Shown in pieces: positions 1 to 9,285 of a stretch of DNA of 22,564 nucleotides. The stretch spans positions 62,001 to 84,564 of the forward strand of contig DASRGZ010000064.1 in assembly GCA_035650735.1 (NCBI GenBank). The letters run 5' to 3'. A program made the position numbers and the translations under genes. The notes beneath the pieces were generated by a model. It was not told the origin of the DNA. It worked only from the letters and a program-made list of their open reading frames with translations, and did no database searches. This DNA comes from Chthonomonadaceae bacterium (GTDB taxonomy: Bacteria > Armatimonadota > Chthonomonadetes > Chthonomonadales > Chthonomonadaceae). Position 1 is the stretch's first letter, and every line of letters begins with the position of its first letter.

Positions 1-1
1 C

Positions 2-373
2 GAGACGAACGCGCTGGTGGAGTACCTTAAAGAGCAGGAGCAGCCGAACTACACCTTCTCGGTGGCGGAGGTCGGAGGCGGGGACAGCAAGGGCGGAGCG
101 GCTCCCGAAGATGAGGTGGACGACGCCTTCTTCGAGCAGGCGGTGCGGCTGGTGGTCAACAACGGTCAGGCATCCACGTCCATGCTGCAGCGGCGATTCC
201 GCATCGGCTACACGCGGGCGGCGCGCATCGTGGAGCTAATGGAGGAGAAGGGCATCGTCGGGCCGCTCAACGGAGCCAAGCCGCGCGAGATCCTGGTCAG
301 TAAGGACGAGGTCGAGCGCATGTTCAATCCCGCCCACATCCCCGGCGTAGACGATTACCAGGACGAGGGCTAG
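2..373 (+). CDS. ftsK: DNA translocase FtsK/SpoIIIE, C-terminal part with gamma domain (5' truncated by window edge)
   Basis: Frame is open from base 2. Contains the gamma-domain signature DAFFEQAVRLVV...ASTSMLQRRFRIGYTRAARIVELMEEKGIVGPLNGAKPREIL. Confidence 0.95.
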   Translation, partial: ETNALVEYLKEQEQPNYTFSVAEVGGGDSKGGAAPEDEVDDAFFEQAVRLVVNNGQASTSMLQRRFRIGYTRAARIVELMEEKGIVGPLNGAKPREILVSKDEVERMFNPAHIPGVDDYQDEG

Positions 374-454
374 CCGCCTGGAGCGTGCCGGAAGCGAGGA
401 GCGCAGAACCGTAAAAATACGGGCAAAATCCTCCCAATCGGGCGAAAATAATCG

Positions 455-484
455 TTGACAAATGGTATGGGATTGGTTTATACT
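455..484 (+). promoter_or_regulatory. Sigma70-type promoter of the regulator/DUF1559 operon
   Basis: TTGACA (455-460), 18-nt spacer, TATACT (479-484); 32 nt upstream of ATG 517. Confidence 0.8.
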
Positions 485-516
485 GGCATAAAATCGGTCT
501 ATTGCGTCTGCTACCC

Positions 517-1680
517 ATGGGCAACCATCTCTCCAAAAAGAATAGCCGCCTGCCGGCTTATCTGCGCATCGCGCAACTGCTGCGCGACCGCATTACGCAC
601 GGCATCTATCGGCCAGAGGAGTTTCTGCCCCCGGAGCGCGATCTGGCCGAAGAACTGGGCGCCAGCCGACAGACCATTCGCCTGGCCATTGATACCTTGC
701 GCCAGCAGGGGCTGGTCGTGCCGGAGCAGGGGCGCGGTACCCGCATCCTGCGTCTCCATCCATCCCCTCTCGCGCAGGAGCCGTCAGATCGCTTCCATCT
801 GGCCGCGCTGGTCATCTACGGCATGTCGCGCGAAGGCTCTGCCGCTATCTTCCAGGGCTGCCAGGCGGCCATGCGCCAGGAGGACTTCCATCTGATCGTC
901 TGCGAGACGGCCCGCGATACCCGCGCCCGCGCTGCCGACGAGGCTGCCCATCTGCGTGCGCTGCTGGACAAGGGCATCCAGGGCATTATTATCTATGCCG
1001 AGCCGACCGACCAGAACCGTGCTTTGCTGCAAACGGCCCTGGAACGGGGCGTGCAGGTCGTGCAGATCGACCGGTACCTGCCCGGCCTGGAGTGCGATTA
1101 TGTGGGCGTGGATAACGTGACGGCAGCGCGGGAGATGGTCGAGCACCTGTGGCAGGCGGGACACCGGCGCATCGCGTTTCTCTCCATTGAGCCGGAACCT
1201 TCCAGCTGCCAGGAGCGCCTGCAAGGCTACAAAGCCGGCCTGCGCGCGCATGGCATAGAGGCCGAACCGAACTGGATCGCCCACTGGGACGGGCAGCAGA
1301 GCGGCCCGAATGATCTGGCGCACATCCTCGCCCGCTGGATGGCGCTGCCAGAACGGACTACCGCCGTTTTTGCCGTCAACGACTCCCTGGCCCTGATGAT
1401 CATGCAGGCGCTTCGGAAGCAGGGAGTGCATATTCCGGAGGATATGGCCGTCGTCGGCTTCGACAACCAACATCTGGCCGCGTTTGTGTCGCCGCCACTG
1501 ACGACGGTGCAGCAGCCGTTCGTGGAACTCGGCGAGACGGCGGCGCGGCTGCTTCTCGATCGCATGGCCGGTCGCTATAGCGGGGTTGCCCGGCGCGTGC
1601 TGCTCTCCACGCGCCTGATCCTCCGGCAGTCCTGCGGGGCCGGCCAGTCAGCAGAATTCGTTGCCCGGGTGCCTGCCTGA
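517..1680 (+). CDS. GntR-family regulator with LacI-type sugar-binding domain (AraR-like architecture)
   Basis: N-terminal GntR wHTH (YLRIAQLLRDRI...LPPERDLAEELGASRQTIRLAIDTLRQQGLV...QGRGT). C-terminal LacI-type effector domain (VGVDN, AVFAVNDSLA, IPEDMAVVGFDN, PPLTTVQQP). ATG 517 preferred over TTG 502. Confidence 0.93.
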   Translation: MGNHLSKKNSRLPAYLRIAQLLRDRITHGIYRPEEFLPPERDLAEELGASRQTIRLAIDTLRQQGLVVPEQGRGTRILRLHPSPLAQEPSDRFHLAALVIYGMSREGSAAIFQGCQAAMRQEDFHLIVCETARDTRARAADEAAHLRALLDKGIQGIIIYAEPTDQNRALLQTALERGVQVVQIDRYLPGLECDYVGVDNVTAAREMVEHLWQAGHRRIAFLSIEPEPSSCQERLQGYKAGLRAHGIEAEPNWIAHWDGQQSGPNDLAHILARWMALPERTTAVFAVNDSLALMIMQALRKQGVHIPEDMAVVGFDNQHLAAFVSPPLTTVQQPFVELGETAARLLLDRMAGRYSGVARRVLLSTRLILRQSCGAGQSAEFVARVPA

Positions 1681-1799
1681 TCGACCCATGGGATAGCACT
1701 CTTGGTGACAACCGGGCCAGGGCAACGGTTGTCCTCACTACCAACTCAGGACAGGCAACAAGGGTGCAGCCCTGCGCCGCACCGAAGGAGGTGAAACAG

Positions 1800-2048
1800 G
1801 TGAAAAAAGAACTCAATCCCGTCGTTGTCTGGGTGATTCTGGGAGTAGCCGCGCTTGTCGTGATCGTCATCGGGTATCGCGTTCTGGCCCCCAAGCCGTT
1901 TGTTCCGGATCGAACCGGGAGCGAGCAAGCCATGCAAAAAGTTAAGACCACTGGCAAGTTTTATTCGCCGCCCGCTGGCGCTCCATTTGCGGGAGGAGGA
2001 GGAGCCACAACCCCAGGAGGCGCAACACCCACAACAGGGAGCAAGTGA
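1800..2048 (+). CDS. Small single-pass membrane protein (82 aa), partner of the DUF1559 gene
   Basis: Strong RBS AAGGAGGTG (1785-1793) before GTG 1800. MKKELNP, then a hydrophobic helix, then a Gly/Pro/Thr-rich tail. Confidence 0.75.
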   Translation: MKKELNPVVVWVILGVAALVVIVIGYRVLAPKPFVPDRTGSEQAMQKVKTTGKFYSPPAGAPFAGGGGATTPGGATPTTGSK

Positions 2049-2075
2049 TCTGCATTCAATACGAGGGAGGAGAAC

Positions 2076-2924
2076 ATGAATCGGCCAAGATCCGCTTTTA
2101 CCCTGATTGAACTGCTCGTCGTCATCGCCATTATCGCGATTCTTGCAGCCATCCTGTTCCCGGTCTTCGCCCAGGCCCGGGAAAAAGCCCGTGAGGCAAG
2201 CTGCAGCAGCAACCTCAAACAGATCTCGCTAGCGCTGCGGATGTATTCGCAGGACTACGACGAGACCTATATGGCTACGGGCGATCTGCCGCGCAAAAAC
2301 TCCGATGGAACGGTATGTGACGGCAATCCACGGAAGCCTGATGGACAGGATATTGTCCGCATGATGGGCGGAGGAACCGCGTATCTGCTCAATCCCTACA
2401 TCAAAAACCGGCAGATCTTCCGGTGCCCGAGCGATACCGGGGAGAACTATTGGGGCCGCAGCAGCACCGGCTGGCCCTGGTCGAACTGCGAGTGGTTTAA
2501 CACACCCTCTTCCTATCACTTCCGCCATGTCTTTGAGTGTGGCGGCAATCCCGGCTGGACGACTGCCCATAACACAGGTGAGGTCTGGCCGGGAACGCAC
2601 GAGGCGGCGCTTGGTCAGCCGGCTTCCCAGATCGTCTTTTACGAGACAGCGGCCTTCCACCATGAGAAGCTACCCCTCTTCGGCGGCGTGCATCCATGTG
2701 GACCGACTGCCGAGGATTGCCCCGGTCAGGTGCCGCCGCGAATCCGCACTTTTCAGGCAGCCTTCGCGGATGGCCATGTCACGCTCTATCATTTGAACTA
2801 CAAGGATCCCGCCTGGGACCCCAACTTCGACATGAACTGGCTCCTGCATGGCGTCTGTGACCCCAACCAGGGAGATGGCTCCTGTGGCGGCGATTTAGGC
2901 CAAGGTGTAGACTACAAGCAGTAG
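2076..2924 (+). CDS. Prepilin-type N-terminal cleavage/methylation domain protein, DUF1559 family
   Basis: [54 protein letters not shown], 'FRCPSD' and C-terminal 'AFADGHV'. RBS GGAGGAG. Confidence 0.93.
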   Translation: MNRPRSAFTLIELLVVIAIIAILAAILFPVFAQAREKAREASCSSNLKQISLALRMYSQDYDETYMATGDLPRKNSDGTVCDGNPRKPDGQDIVRMMGGGTAYLLNPYIKNRQIFRCPSDTGENYWGRSSTGWPWSNCEWFNTPSSYHFRHVFECGGNPGWTTAHNTGEVWPGTHEAALGQPASQIVFYETAAFHHEKLPLFGGVHPCGPTAEDCPGQVPPRIRTFQAAFADGHVTLYHLNYKDPAWDPNFDMNWLLHGVCDPNQGDGSCGGDLGQGVDYKQ

Positions 2925-2947
2925 TCTAGCCAGTTTCACCGACACAA

Positions 2948-2987
2948 AACCCCTCTTACCAGTTTCAGGTAGGAGGGGTTATTTTTT
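2948..2987 (+). terminator. Intrinsic terminator of the DUF1559 operon
   Basis: 13-bp stem AACCCCTCTTACC / GGTAGGAGGGGTT (one G-U pair), 7-nt loop, followed by ATTTTTT; 23 nt after the stop codon. Confidence 0.85.
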
Positions 2988-3036
2988 AGCTGGACGACTA
3001 TAATAACGGCATTTTCATAAAAAATTACCAAAAAGG

Positions 3037-3064
3037 TTTCAAGTAATTATATAATTGGTACAAT
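3037..3064 (+). promoter_or_regulatory. Putative promoter of the broken secreted-protein gene
   Basis: Extended -10 TGgTACAAT (3056-3064), weak -35 TTTCAA (3037-3042), overlapped by the palindrome AATTATATAATT (3045-3056) in an AT-rich tract. Confidence 0.45.
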
Positions 3065-3124
3065 TCTTGCAGAGCAATAGACTGTGTGCCTGGATGCATA
3101 CCAACTTCATTAAGGGAGGAAGCA

Positions 3125-3952
3125 ATGATGCAACGACGTGTACCGATCCATCTGTGTAGTGTCCTGTTGCTCTTTCTTGGCGCAATCTGCCAGGCCCTTG
3201 CACAGACGGCAGGCGGTCCATGGCCGCCTACACCCATTAATGGAGATCCCAACGATCCCCAGGTCTTTTACTCGAATGGCGTAGGTTACCGGATTACTTA
3301 CGTGTGGACAAGCAATACCGCAGGCCAAAATAATCCGGTGTACGTAAATGTTGGCGGCACATTAAACAGTGGCTTCATGTCTGCTTCCGTCAATGGACGA
3401 CAATTGAATTTCAATTTTGGAAGCAATACATTCCTGGTGGCTTTAGATCACCCTGAGGTTCCCGGCTACGTATCTACCAATGAAGGCGTAGGTGGTCTGG
3501 ACCGTGGCATGATCTTAAGCGGTGGCGGAACTTCAGCTACTTTAACATTCAAATGAGTTCCAGCCCCGGCCCCTGGATACGGTATAAGGTTCAAGTCATT
3601 TCCGGTACGCCCCCTTCCAGCGTTCAGGAAAGAATAGAACATGGCAGCTATGCGCGAGTAACTGCAACCTACATGACGGCTGAATGTGACGCTACTGCGT
3701 GGGGCGGGCCATTGGGGGCATATAGTCTCATACTCACTGCACCTGGGCCGCCACAAACTCTGGGGCGATCTAGTCATGCGCGATGATGGTACCAGCGACA
3801 CCTACCAGTGTAATCTGACGAACGGCGTAGGTTACATTGATGTGCCCCTTCCAACGGCTTATGTAAACGCCTTGACAAAACTAGGGACGAACAACTCGGC
3901 ATCCGGGCATAGCAGAAAAGACATCGTTCCGATACAGGTTGTCGGTCCTTAA
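3125..3952 (+). pseudogene. Degraded gene for a secreted, beta-rich protein (premature stop plus frameshifts)
   Basis: RBS AAGGGAGGA, ATG 3125 and a signal peptide ending ALA-Q. In-frame TGA at 3554-3556 (LTFK*VPAPAPG). Protein-like sequence continues in two other frames (3553-3786, 3686-3952). Visibly AT-richer than the flanking genes. Confidence 0.6.
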
Positions 3953-3964
3953 CGCGCAGTTTTA

Positions 3965-4132
3965 CCCTCACCCCCTTCCCCTCTCCCACGCTGCGGGAGA
4001 GGGGAGCGGAGAAGCCGGGTCACCCCCTTCCCTAGCGAGGGACGAGCGAGTAGGGTCGCAAGGCGGAGGCGCGAACCATTGCAGCGCCGACCCTTGCAGT
4101 GGGGGCCGGGGGGGTTAGGTTGGTGGTGAGGG
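3965..4132. repeat. REP/REPIN-like palindromic element, family 1, copy A
   Basis: Bounded by CCCTCACC / GGTGAGGG. Contains the hairpin CCCCTCTCCCACGCTGCGGGAGAGGGGAG (3978-4006), identical to 16215-16243. Lies between convergent genes. Confidence 0.85.
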
Positions 4133-4134
4133 CC

Positions 4135-5898
4135 TCAGCGTGTGGGGAAGTGCGAAGCAGCAGAGACCGTGCTTCTGGTTTGAGGCGGCTCGTCAACGCG
4201 GAGGATGCGGTTGATGGGCGGCCCTTTGATTATTGTCTCCTGGCCGCTGGGCCAGCGGATCTTGACCTGGTCTACCTGCGTGCGCTGCCCCAACCCGAAC
4301 AGCGGCCTGGGATCGCTGGAAGAGGCATAACTGTAGTTCATTTTCACGTCGCGCCGCTGTGTCACGCCGCCTGCCGTCAGCCAGACTTTGGTCCCAATCG
4401 CCTGTGGATTGCCCCAGGAGGCGTGCAGGTCTAGCTCCAGCCAATTGGCGTTGGGAGCGCACTCGTTGCGTAGCACCAGCGGGTGGCTCCGCAGCACGTT
4501 GACCACGATATCCGTGCAGCCCCGGTTGAATAGGTCGCCGAAGGCCGCGCCACGCGAGACGCGCTTGCCGTCCGCGATTCCGGTAACCTGCGAGACCTCT
4601 TCAAACGTTTTATCGCCCCGGTTGCGGAAGAGCTGGTTGGACTGCGCCCAGGTGACCGAATCGGAATACTTATCAATGTCGTCGAGCACGTGCCCGTTGG
4701 CAAAGAACATATCCAGCAGGCCGTCGCGGTCATAGTCCAGGAACGCGGTGCCGAACCCCAGGTATCGGAGGGTCGCCGGTCCCATGCCGCTTGGGAAGGA
4801 GATGTCCCGGAACCGCCCGCCCTCGTTATGGTAGAGCGCGTTGCTCTCCTCGCTGAAGTTGGTCACCAGAATATCCAGGCGGCCATCGTTATCAACGTCG
4901 GCGGCATCCACGCCCATGCCCGCCTGCGTATTCCCCTGCTCGCCATAGGCTACGCCCAATTCCTCCGCCATCTCGGTAAAGGTGCCGTTGCCGTTGTTGC
5001 GCCAGAGGAAATTCGGGGATTGGTCGTTGGCGACGAAGATATCCGGCTTGCCGTCGTCGTTATAATCTAGCCAGACCACGCCCAAGCCGTTGCCCGCCTT
5101 CTTATGAATCCCCGCCTTCTCGGAAACGTCCGTGAAGGTGCCATCGCCGTTGTTATGGTAGAGGGTGTGAAGCTCTGGCTCGTAGAGGTTGGGGCCGCAG
5201 TAGCTCTTGTGTCCCTGGAACTTGCTGCAGAAGAGGTCTTGATCCAGGCGGTATTTGACGTAGTTGCAGACGTAGAGGTCGAGGTAGCCGTCGCCGTCAA
5301 AATCGCCCCAAGCAGCGCTGCTGCTCAGCCGCTTGCCGCCCCCGACGCCCGCCCTGGCGGTGACATCGGTAAACGTGCCGTCATGGTTGTTATGATAGAG
5401 CACGTTGCCGCCGAAGCAGCAGATATACATATCCAGGTAGCCGTCGTTGTCATAATCGGCGACGGCCACGCCGATAGCATAGCGCCCGCAGCCGACGCCC
5501 GCCTTCTCGGTGACGTCGGTGAACGTGCCGTCATGGTTATTGTGGTAAAGGCGGTTGCTCGGCTTCGGCCCTTTGTAGCCCGGCAGCGGCGCGCCCGAGC
5601 AGAAGTAGAGATCGGGCCAGCCGTCGTTATCATAGTCGAAGATCGCCACGCCGCTGCCCATCTGCTCCACGAAGAACTTACGCCCGCTGCTGCCGTCGGT
5701 GTGTTGGAAGGTGATACCGCTCTGCGCCGCAATATCCACAAACCGCCCGCTTGCCGCGGATGCCACCTCCGCCTTTGCCGGTCGGACGGTGTGCTTCTCC
5801 GGCGAGCCGCTGCAGCCAGCCAGCAAGAGCGCGAGGGCCATGAGGAGCCAGGGGACAAGGCGTTCTGCCTGGGTTCCCCGCTTCCCGGCCCGACTCAT
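4135..5898 (-). CDS. CRTAC1-family lipoprotein (FG-GAP/VCBS repeats + ASPIC/UnbV domain)
   Basis: Lipobox LLAGC. Repeated DYDNDGxxDL and LYHNNxDGTFTDV motifs. C-terminal 'AIGTKV...SYASSSDPRPLFGLG...IRWPSG'. Confidence 0.93.
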   Translation of the reverse strand: MSRAGKRGTQAERLVPWLLMALALLLAGCSGSPEKHTVRPAKAEVASAASGRFVDIAAQSGITFQHTDGSSGRKFFVEQMGSGVAIFDYDNDGWPDLYFCSGAPLPGYKGPKPSNRLYHNNHDGTFTDVTEKAGVGCGRYAIGVAVADYDNDGYLDMYICCFGGNVLYHNNHDGTFTDVTARAGVGGGKRLSSSAAWGDFDGDGYLDLYVCNYVKYRLDQDLFCSKFQGHKSYCGPNLYEPELHTLYHNNGDGTFTDVSEKAGIHKKAGNGLGVVWLDYNDDGKPDIFVANDQSPNFLWRNNGNGTFTEMAEELGVAYGEQGNTQAGMGVDAADVDNDGRLDILVTNFSEESNALYHNEGGRFRDISFPSGMGPATLRYLGFGTAFLDYDRDGLLDMFFANGHVLDDIDKYSDSVTWAQSNQLFRNRGDKTFEEVSQVTGIADGKRVSRGAAFGDLFNRGCTDIVVNVLRSHPLVLRNECAPNANWLELDLHASWGNPQAIGTKVWLTAGGVTQRRDVKMNYSYASSSDPRPLFGLGQRTQVDQVKIRWPSGQETIIKGPPINRILRVDEPPQTRSTVSAASHFPTR

Positions 5899-7529
5899 GG
5901 CGTGCCCTCTTTGAGATTAGGACTCTGGCCCAGGCGCTTCTGCGCCTCCAGCATTCCCTGCCGCGCCTCCGCGAGCATTCGGTTGCGCTCCAGCGCCAAC
6001 TGAAACTCGCGCGCCGCCAGCGCGTAGTTCTGCTTCGCCATCGCCGCGCGGCCCAGTTTGAGATGCGTCTCCGCCGTATCGCGGTAGGCAGCCGCCTGGG
6101 ACAGCGCGCGGATCTGGTTGCGGCCCTTCTTGTTGAGCGCCGCAAAGCGGGCCTGGTGGGGCCTGGCCTCCTGGGGCCGGCCCAGCCGCAGATAGACCTG
6201 AGCGATCTGGTAGTGGGCGTTGATGTCGTCCGGGTTGAGCTTGAGCAGGCGATTGAAGAGTGGGACCGCTTCCCGCAAGTCCTCAGGACGACCCCGGCGC
6301 GAGAGCGCCATGCCGTAGGAGTAGAGCGCCTTGTCGTTGTTGGGGTTGAGGCGGAGCGCCTGGCGATAGAGCCGGACCGCCTGGTCGAAACCGTTCGGCT
6401 CGGTTTTATCCAGCAGGTAGGAGTCGCCCAGCGCCCAGTAGTAGTAGGACTCCATTGGCTCCAGGGAGATAGCCCGCTGCAGCGGCTCGCGCGCCTCCTT
6501 GTAGTGGGTGAGATTGACCAGGTAGAGGCCGAGCCGCCCCCACGCCTCCGACAGGTTGGGGTCGAGCCGCACCGCCTCGCGCATCTCCCGGATGGCTGCC
6601 TCCAGGTGCAGGTTGCGCCCGTACGCCTCGCCCAGCAGGGCATGGCGGTCCGCCACCGTCGGATCTCTGCGCACCGCCGGCTCCAGCACGGCGATGGCTT
6701 TGGCCGGCTTGTTGATCACCAGGTAGAGGTTGCCCAGCGCCGCGCGCAGGTTCGCGTTGCCCGGATAGCGCTTTAGCCCAGCTGCCAGTACCCGCTCCGC
6801 ATCCTTAAACTTCTGCTGCGCCACATAGAGTTGTCCCTGGCCGCGCATGATCAGGGCGTTGTTGGGGTCCATTTTGCGCGCCCGATCATAGGCTTGCTGC
6901 GCCAGAGCAAAGCGGCCCGCAAGCGTGGCCGCATCGCCGAGGCCAATCCAGGGTATCACGCGCGTCGTCAGATGGGTTGCGGCCTGCAGGTGCGGAATGG
7001 CGGCGGCATGGTCCCCGGCGTTCATGTAGAACGCGGCGGCCATCATGCGCAGCGAGTAGTTTTTCGGCTGCGCCCGTAGAGTCGTCTCGACCTGCGCTTT
7101 GGCCTCCGGATAACTCATCTCAGGTGAGCCGGGCTGGCTTGGCGACAGGGCGGATTGCCCAGCGACGAGCGAGGGAATCTGGGGCGCGCCGGAAGGAGCG
7201 CCCAGGGCGAATTCCCGATCAATTCCCACGCCCCCTTTGTGTTTGGGCGCGGGCGGCGGCGCGGAAGAGAAGGGAAGCGGCGCTTCCTTTGCTTCCTTTC
7301 CAGGCGGCAGGGCGCGCGTCTCCGCCGTGCCGCTCCCCGCCGATGCGTTGCTACCCGGTGAGTCGCGGTCAGGCAGGGATGCGACCTCCGCCGCGCGCTC
7401 CGGGGCTTTCGGCAGGTCAGCGGCGGAAAGCCCGGACGAGGTGGGCGTGGATGCGGAATGATTGCGCAGCGCCAGGACGCCGACCGCCGCTAGAATCAGA
7501 AGGGCTCCGATAAGAAGAAGGCGTTTCAT
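5895..7529 (-). CDS. Membrane-anchored or exported tetratricopeptide repeat protein
   Basis: N-terminal hydrophobic segment, Pro/Ser/Ala-rich linker, then many TPR units (e.g. ALRLNPNNDKALYSYGMAL). 4-nt ATGA overlaps with both neighbours. Confidence 0.9.
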   Translation of the reverse strand: MKRLLLIGALLILAAVGVLALRNHSASTPTSSGLSAADLPKAPERAAEVASLPDRDSPGSNASAGSGTAETRALPPGKEAKEAPLPFSSAPPPAPKHKGGVGIDREFALGAPSGAPQIPSLVAGQSALSPSQPGSPEMSYPEAKAQVETTLRAQPKNYSLRMMAAAFYMNAGDHAAAIPHLQAATHLTTRVIPWIGLGDAATLAGRFALAQQAYDRARKMDPNNALIMRGQGQLYVAQQKFKDAERVLAAGLKRYPGNANLRAALGNLYLVINKPAKAIAVLEPAVRRDPTVADRHALLGEAYGRNLHLEAAIREMREAVRLDPNLSEAWGRLGLYLVNLTHYKEAREPLQRAISLEPMESYYYWALGDSYLLDKTEPNGFDQAVRLYRQALRLNPNNDKALYSYGMALSRRGRPEDLREAVPLFNRLLKLNPDDINAHYQIAQVYLRLGRPQEARPHQARFAALNKKGRNQIRALSQAAAYRDTAETHLKLGRAAMAKQNYALAAREFQLALERNRMLAEARQGMLEAQKRLGQSPNLKEGTP

Positions 7530-9283
7530 CTTGGTTCCTGTATCGTCACGTACTTATCCAGCGCGCTCGGCTTGAGCGTTTGCGCGGTCCCGCTGGGCCA
7601 GCGAATGCGCAGGGCAAGCTGCCCGGCGTCGGATACATCGGGCACGTTGAACAGCACGCGCAGATCGGACTGGCCGATGTAGCTGCCGCCGCTGCGTACC
7701 TCGCGCACCTGAAGGCCGCCCGGCCCCTGCAATTCCACGCGCGCGCCGATGGCGCTGCGGTTGCTTTTCGTGCCAACGAGCTTCAGGCCGACCCAATGGC
7801 CGCGCATGGGGGTCTGGTTTTCCAGCAGGCGCACGGGCCGTCCCAGGCTGTTGATCAGAATATCCGCCTTGCCGTCGTTGTTGAAATCGCCGACGGCCAC
7901 GGCGCGCGTGACGGAGCGGATATTGGGGAAGGCGCCTGTTGCGGGCAGGACCTCCTTGAACCGCCCCCCGCCAAGATTGAGATAGATCTGATCGACCTGC
8001 TCGAAGGTATCTATGTCGTTGAACTTTTCGACGTTATCGTGGACGTGGCCGTTGCCCTGGTAGAGATCGGGCTTGCCGTCGCCGTTCAAGTCCACAAAGG
8101 CGACGCCGAACTTGAGACGGGACAGCGAGGGCGTCCCGACGCCGGAAGGATAGGAAACCTCGGTAAAGCTGAGCTTGCCCTGGTTGCGAAAGATCGAGGT
8201 CGGCTCGTTCGAGAAGTTGGTGATCACCAGGTCGAACCGCCCATCGCCGTTTATATCGGCGGCGTCGGTGCCCATGCCGGCGCGCATGATACCGTCTTCG
8301 CCGTAGGCGACGCCCGCCGCCTGCGCGATATTGCGGAAGCGGCCATGCTCGTTATGCAACAGAGTGTTGGGCGTGCCGTCGTTGGCGATAAAGATATCCG
8401 GCCAGCCGTCGTTATCAAAGTCGCAGGTCAGCACGCCGAGGCTGGCGCCGGAGGGGTCGTCGGCGCCCAGCGCGACTGCCTTTTCGACAAACTTGCCGTG
8501 GCCCTGGTTGATGTAGAGCTCGTTGGGCTGGGTGGAATATTGATTAGGAGTGCAGCCGTGCTGAACATCCCCCGTGCGGCAGTAGGGGATCTTGGGGTCG
8601 TACCGGATATAGTTGCCGACGTAGAGGTCGAGAAGGCCGTCGCGATTGACATCTATGAAGGCGCAGCCGATGCCCCATGCGCCGGGCCGCCGCTGAATGC
8701 CGGCCCGCTGGGTGACGTCCTCGAACGTGCCGTTGCCCTTGTTGTGGAACAGCCAGTTACGCCCGAAGCCGGTGACAAACAGGTCGTCGTGGCCATCGTT
8801 ATCGTAATCGCCGATGCAGCAGCCGCAGGCGTAGCCGTCTATGACGATACCGGATTTATCGGTAACATCCTCGAACGTGCCATCACCCCGGTTATGGAAT
8901 AGCTTGCTGCCGGGCGTCTGATGGGGTTTCTGGAAGTCCTGCCCGGAGTTGACCAGGAAGATATCCGGCCAGCCGTCGCCGTCGTAGTCGAAGAAGGCGC
9001 AGCCACCGCCCATCGTCTCCACAATCGTGACCGGGGAGCGGGAGCCGTAGGTATGGCGGAAGTTGAGCCCACGCGCGGCGGCGACCTCCACCAACTTAAA
9101 CGGCGGATCGCCGGCCTGGCCTGCCTTCGCTCCGGCCGGCTCCGAGGCCGCGGCCAGAGCGGCGGACTCATGCGAGACGGCAGCGGCCCTGGGGCCGCAG
9201 CCGAACGTCACATACAGCGCCAGAGACACGAGCGCCAGGCAGAAGGAGCCTCGTGCTAGGAGGCGGGGAAGGGATATGGCCAT
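7526..9283 (-). CDS. CRTAC1-family protein (FG-GAP/VCBS repeats + ASPIC/UnbV domain), second paralog
   Basis: Signal peptide with possible lipobox TFGC. DYDGDGWPDI, DYDNDGHDDL and DFNNDGKADI repeats. C-terminal 'SNRSAIGARV...SGGSYIGQS...IRWPSG'. Confidence 0.93.
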   Translation of the reverse strand: MAISLPRLLARGSFCLALVSLALYVTFGCGPRAAAVSHESAALAAASEPAGAKAGQAGDPPFKLVEVAAARGLNFRHTYGSRSPVTIVETMGGGCAFFDYDGDGWPDIFLVNSGQDFQKPHQTPGSKLFHNRGDGTFEDVTDKSGIVIDGYACGCCIGDYDNDGHDDLFVTGFGRNWLFHNKGNGTFEDVTQRAGIQRRPGAWGIGCAFIDVNRDGLLDLYVGNYIRYDPKIPYCRTGDVQHGCTPNQYSTQPNELYINQGHGKFVEKAVALGADDPSGASLGVLTCDFDNDGWPDIFIANDGTPNTLLHNEHGRFRNIAQAAGVAYGEDGIMRAGMGTDAADINGDGRFDLVITNFSNEPTSIFRNQGKLSFTEVSYPSGVGTPSLSRLKFGVAFVDLNGDGKPDLYQGNGHVHDNVEKFNDIDTFEQVDQIYLNLGGGRFKEVLPATGAFPNIRSVTRAVAVGDFNNDGKADILINSLGRPVRLLENQTPMRGHWVGLKLVGTKSNRSAIGARVELQGPGGLQVREVRSGGSYIGQSDLRVLFNVPDVSDAGQLALRIRWPSGTAQTLKPSALDKYVTIQEPR

Positions 9284-9285
9284 GC

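Noticed and set aside
3554..3556. Selenocysteine or stop-codon recoding at the in-frame TGA
   Set aside because: The same frame stops again shortly afterwards and other genes in the window use TGA as stop. Pseudogenisation is simpler.
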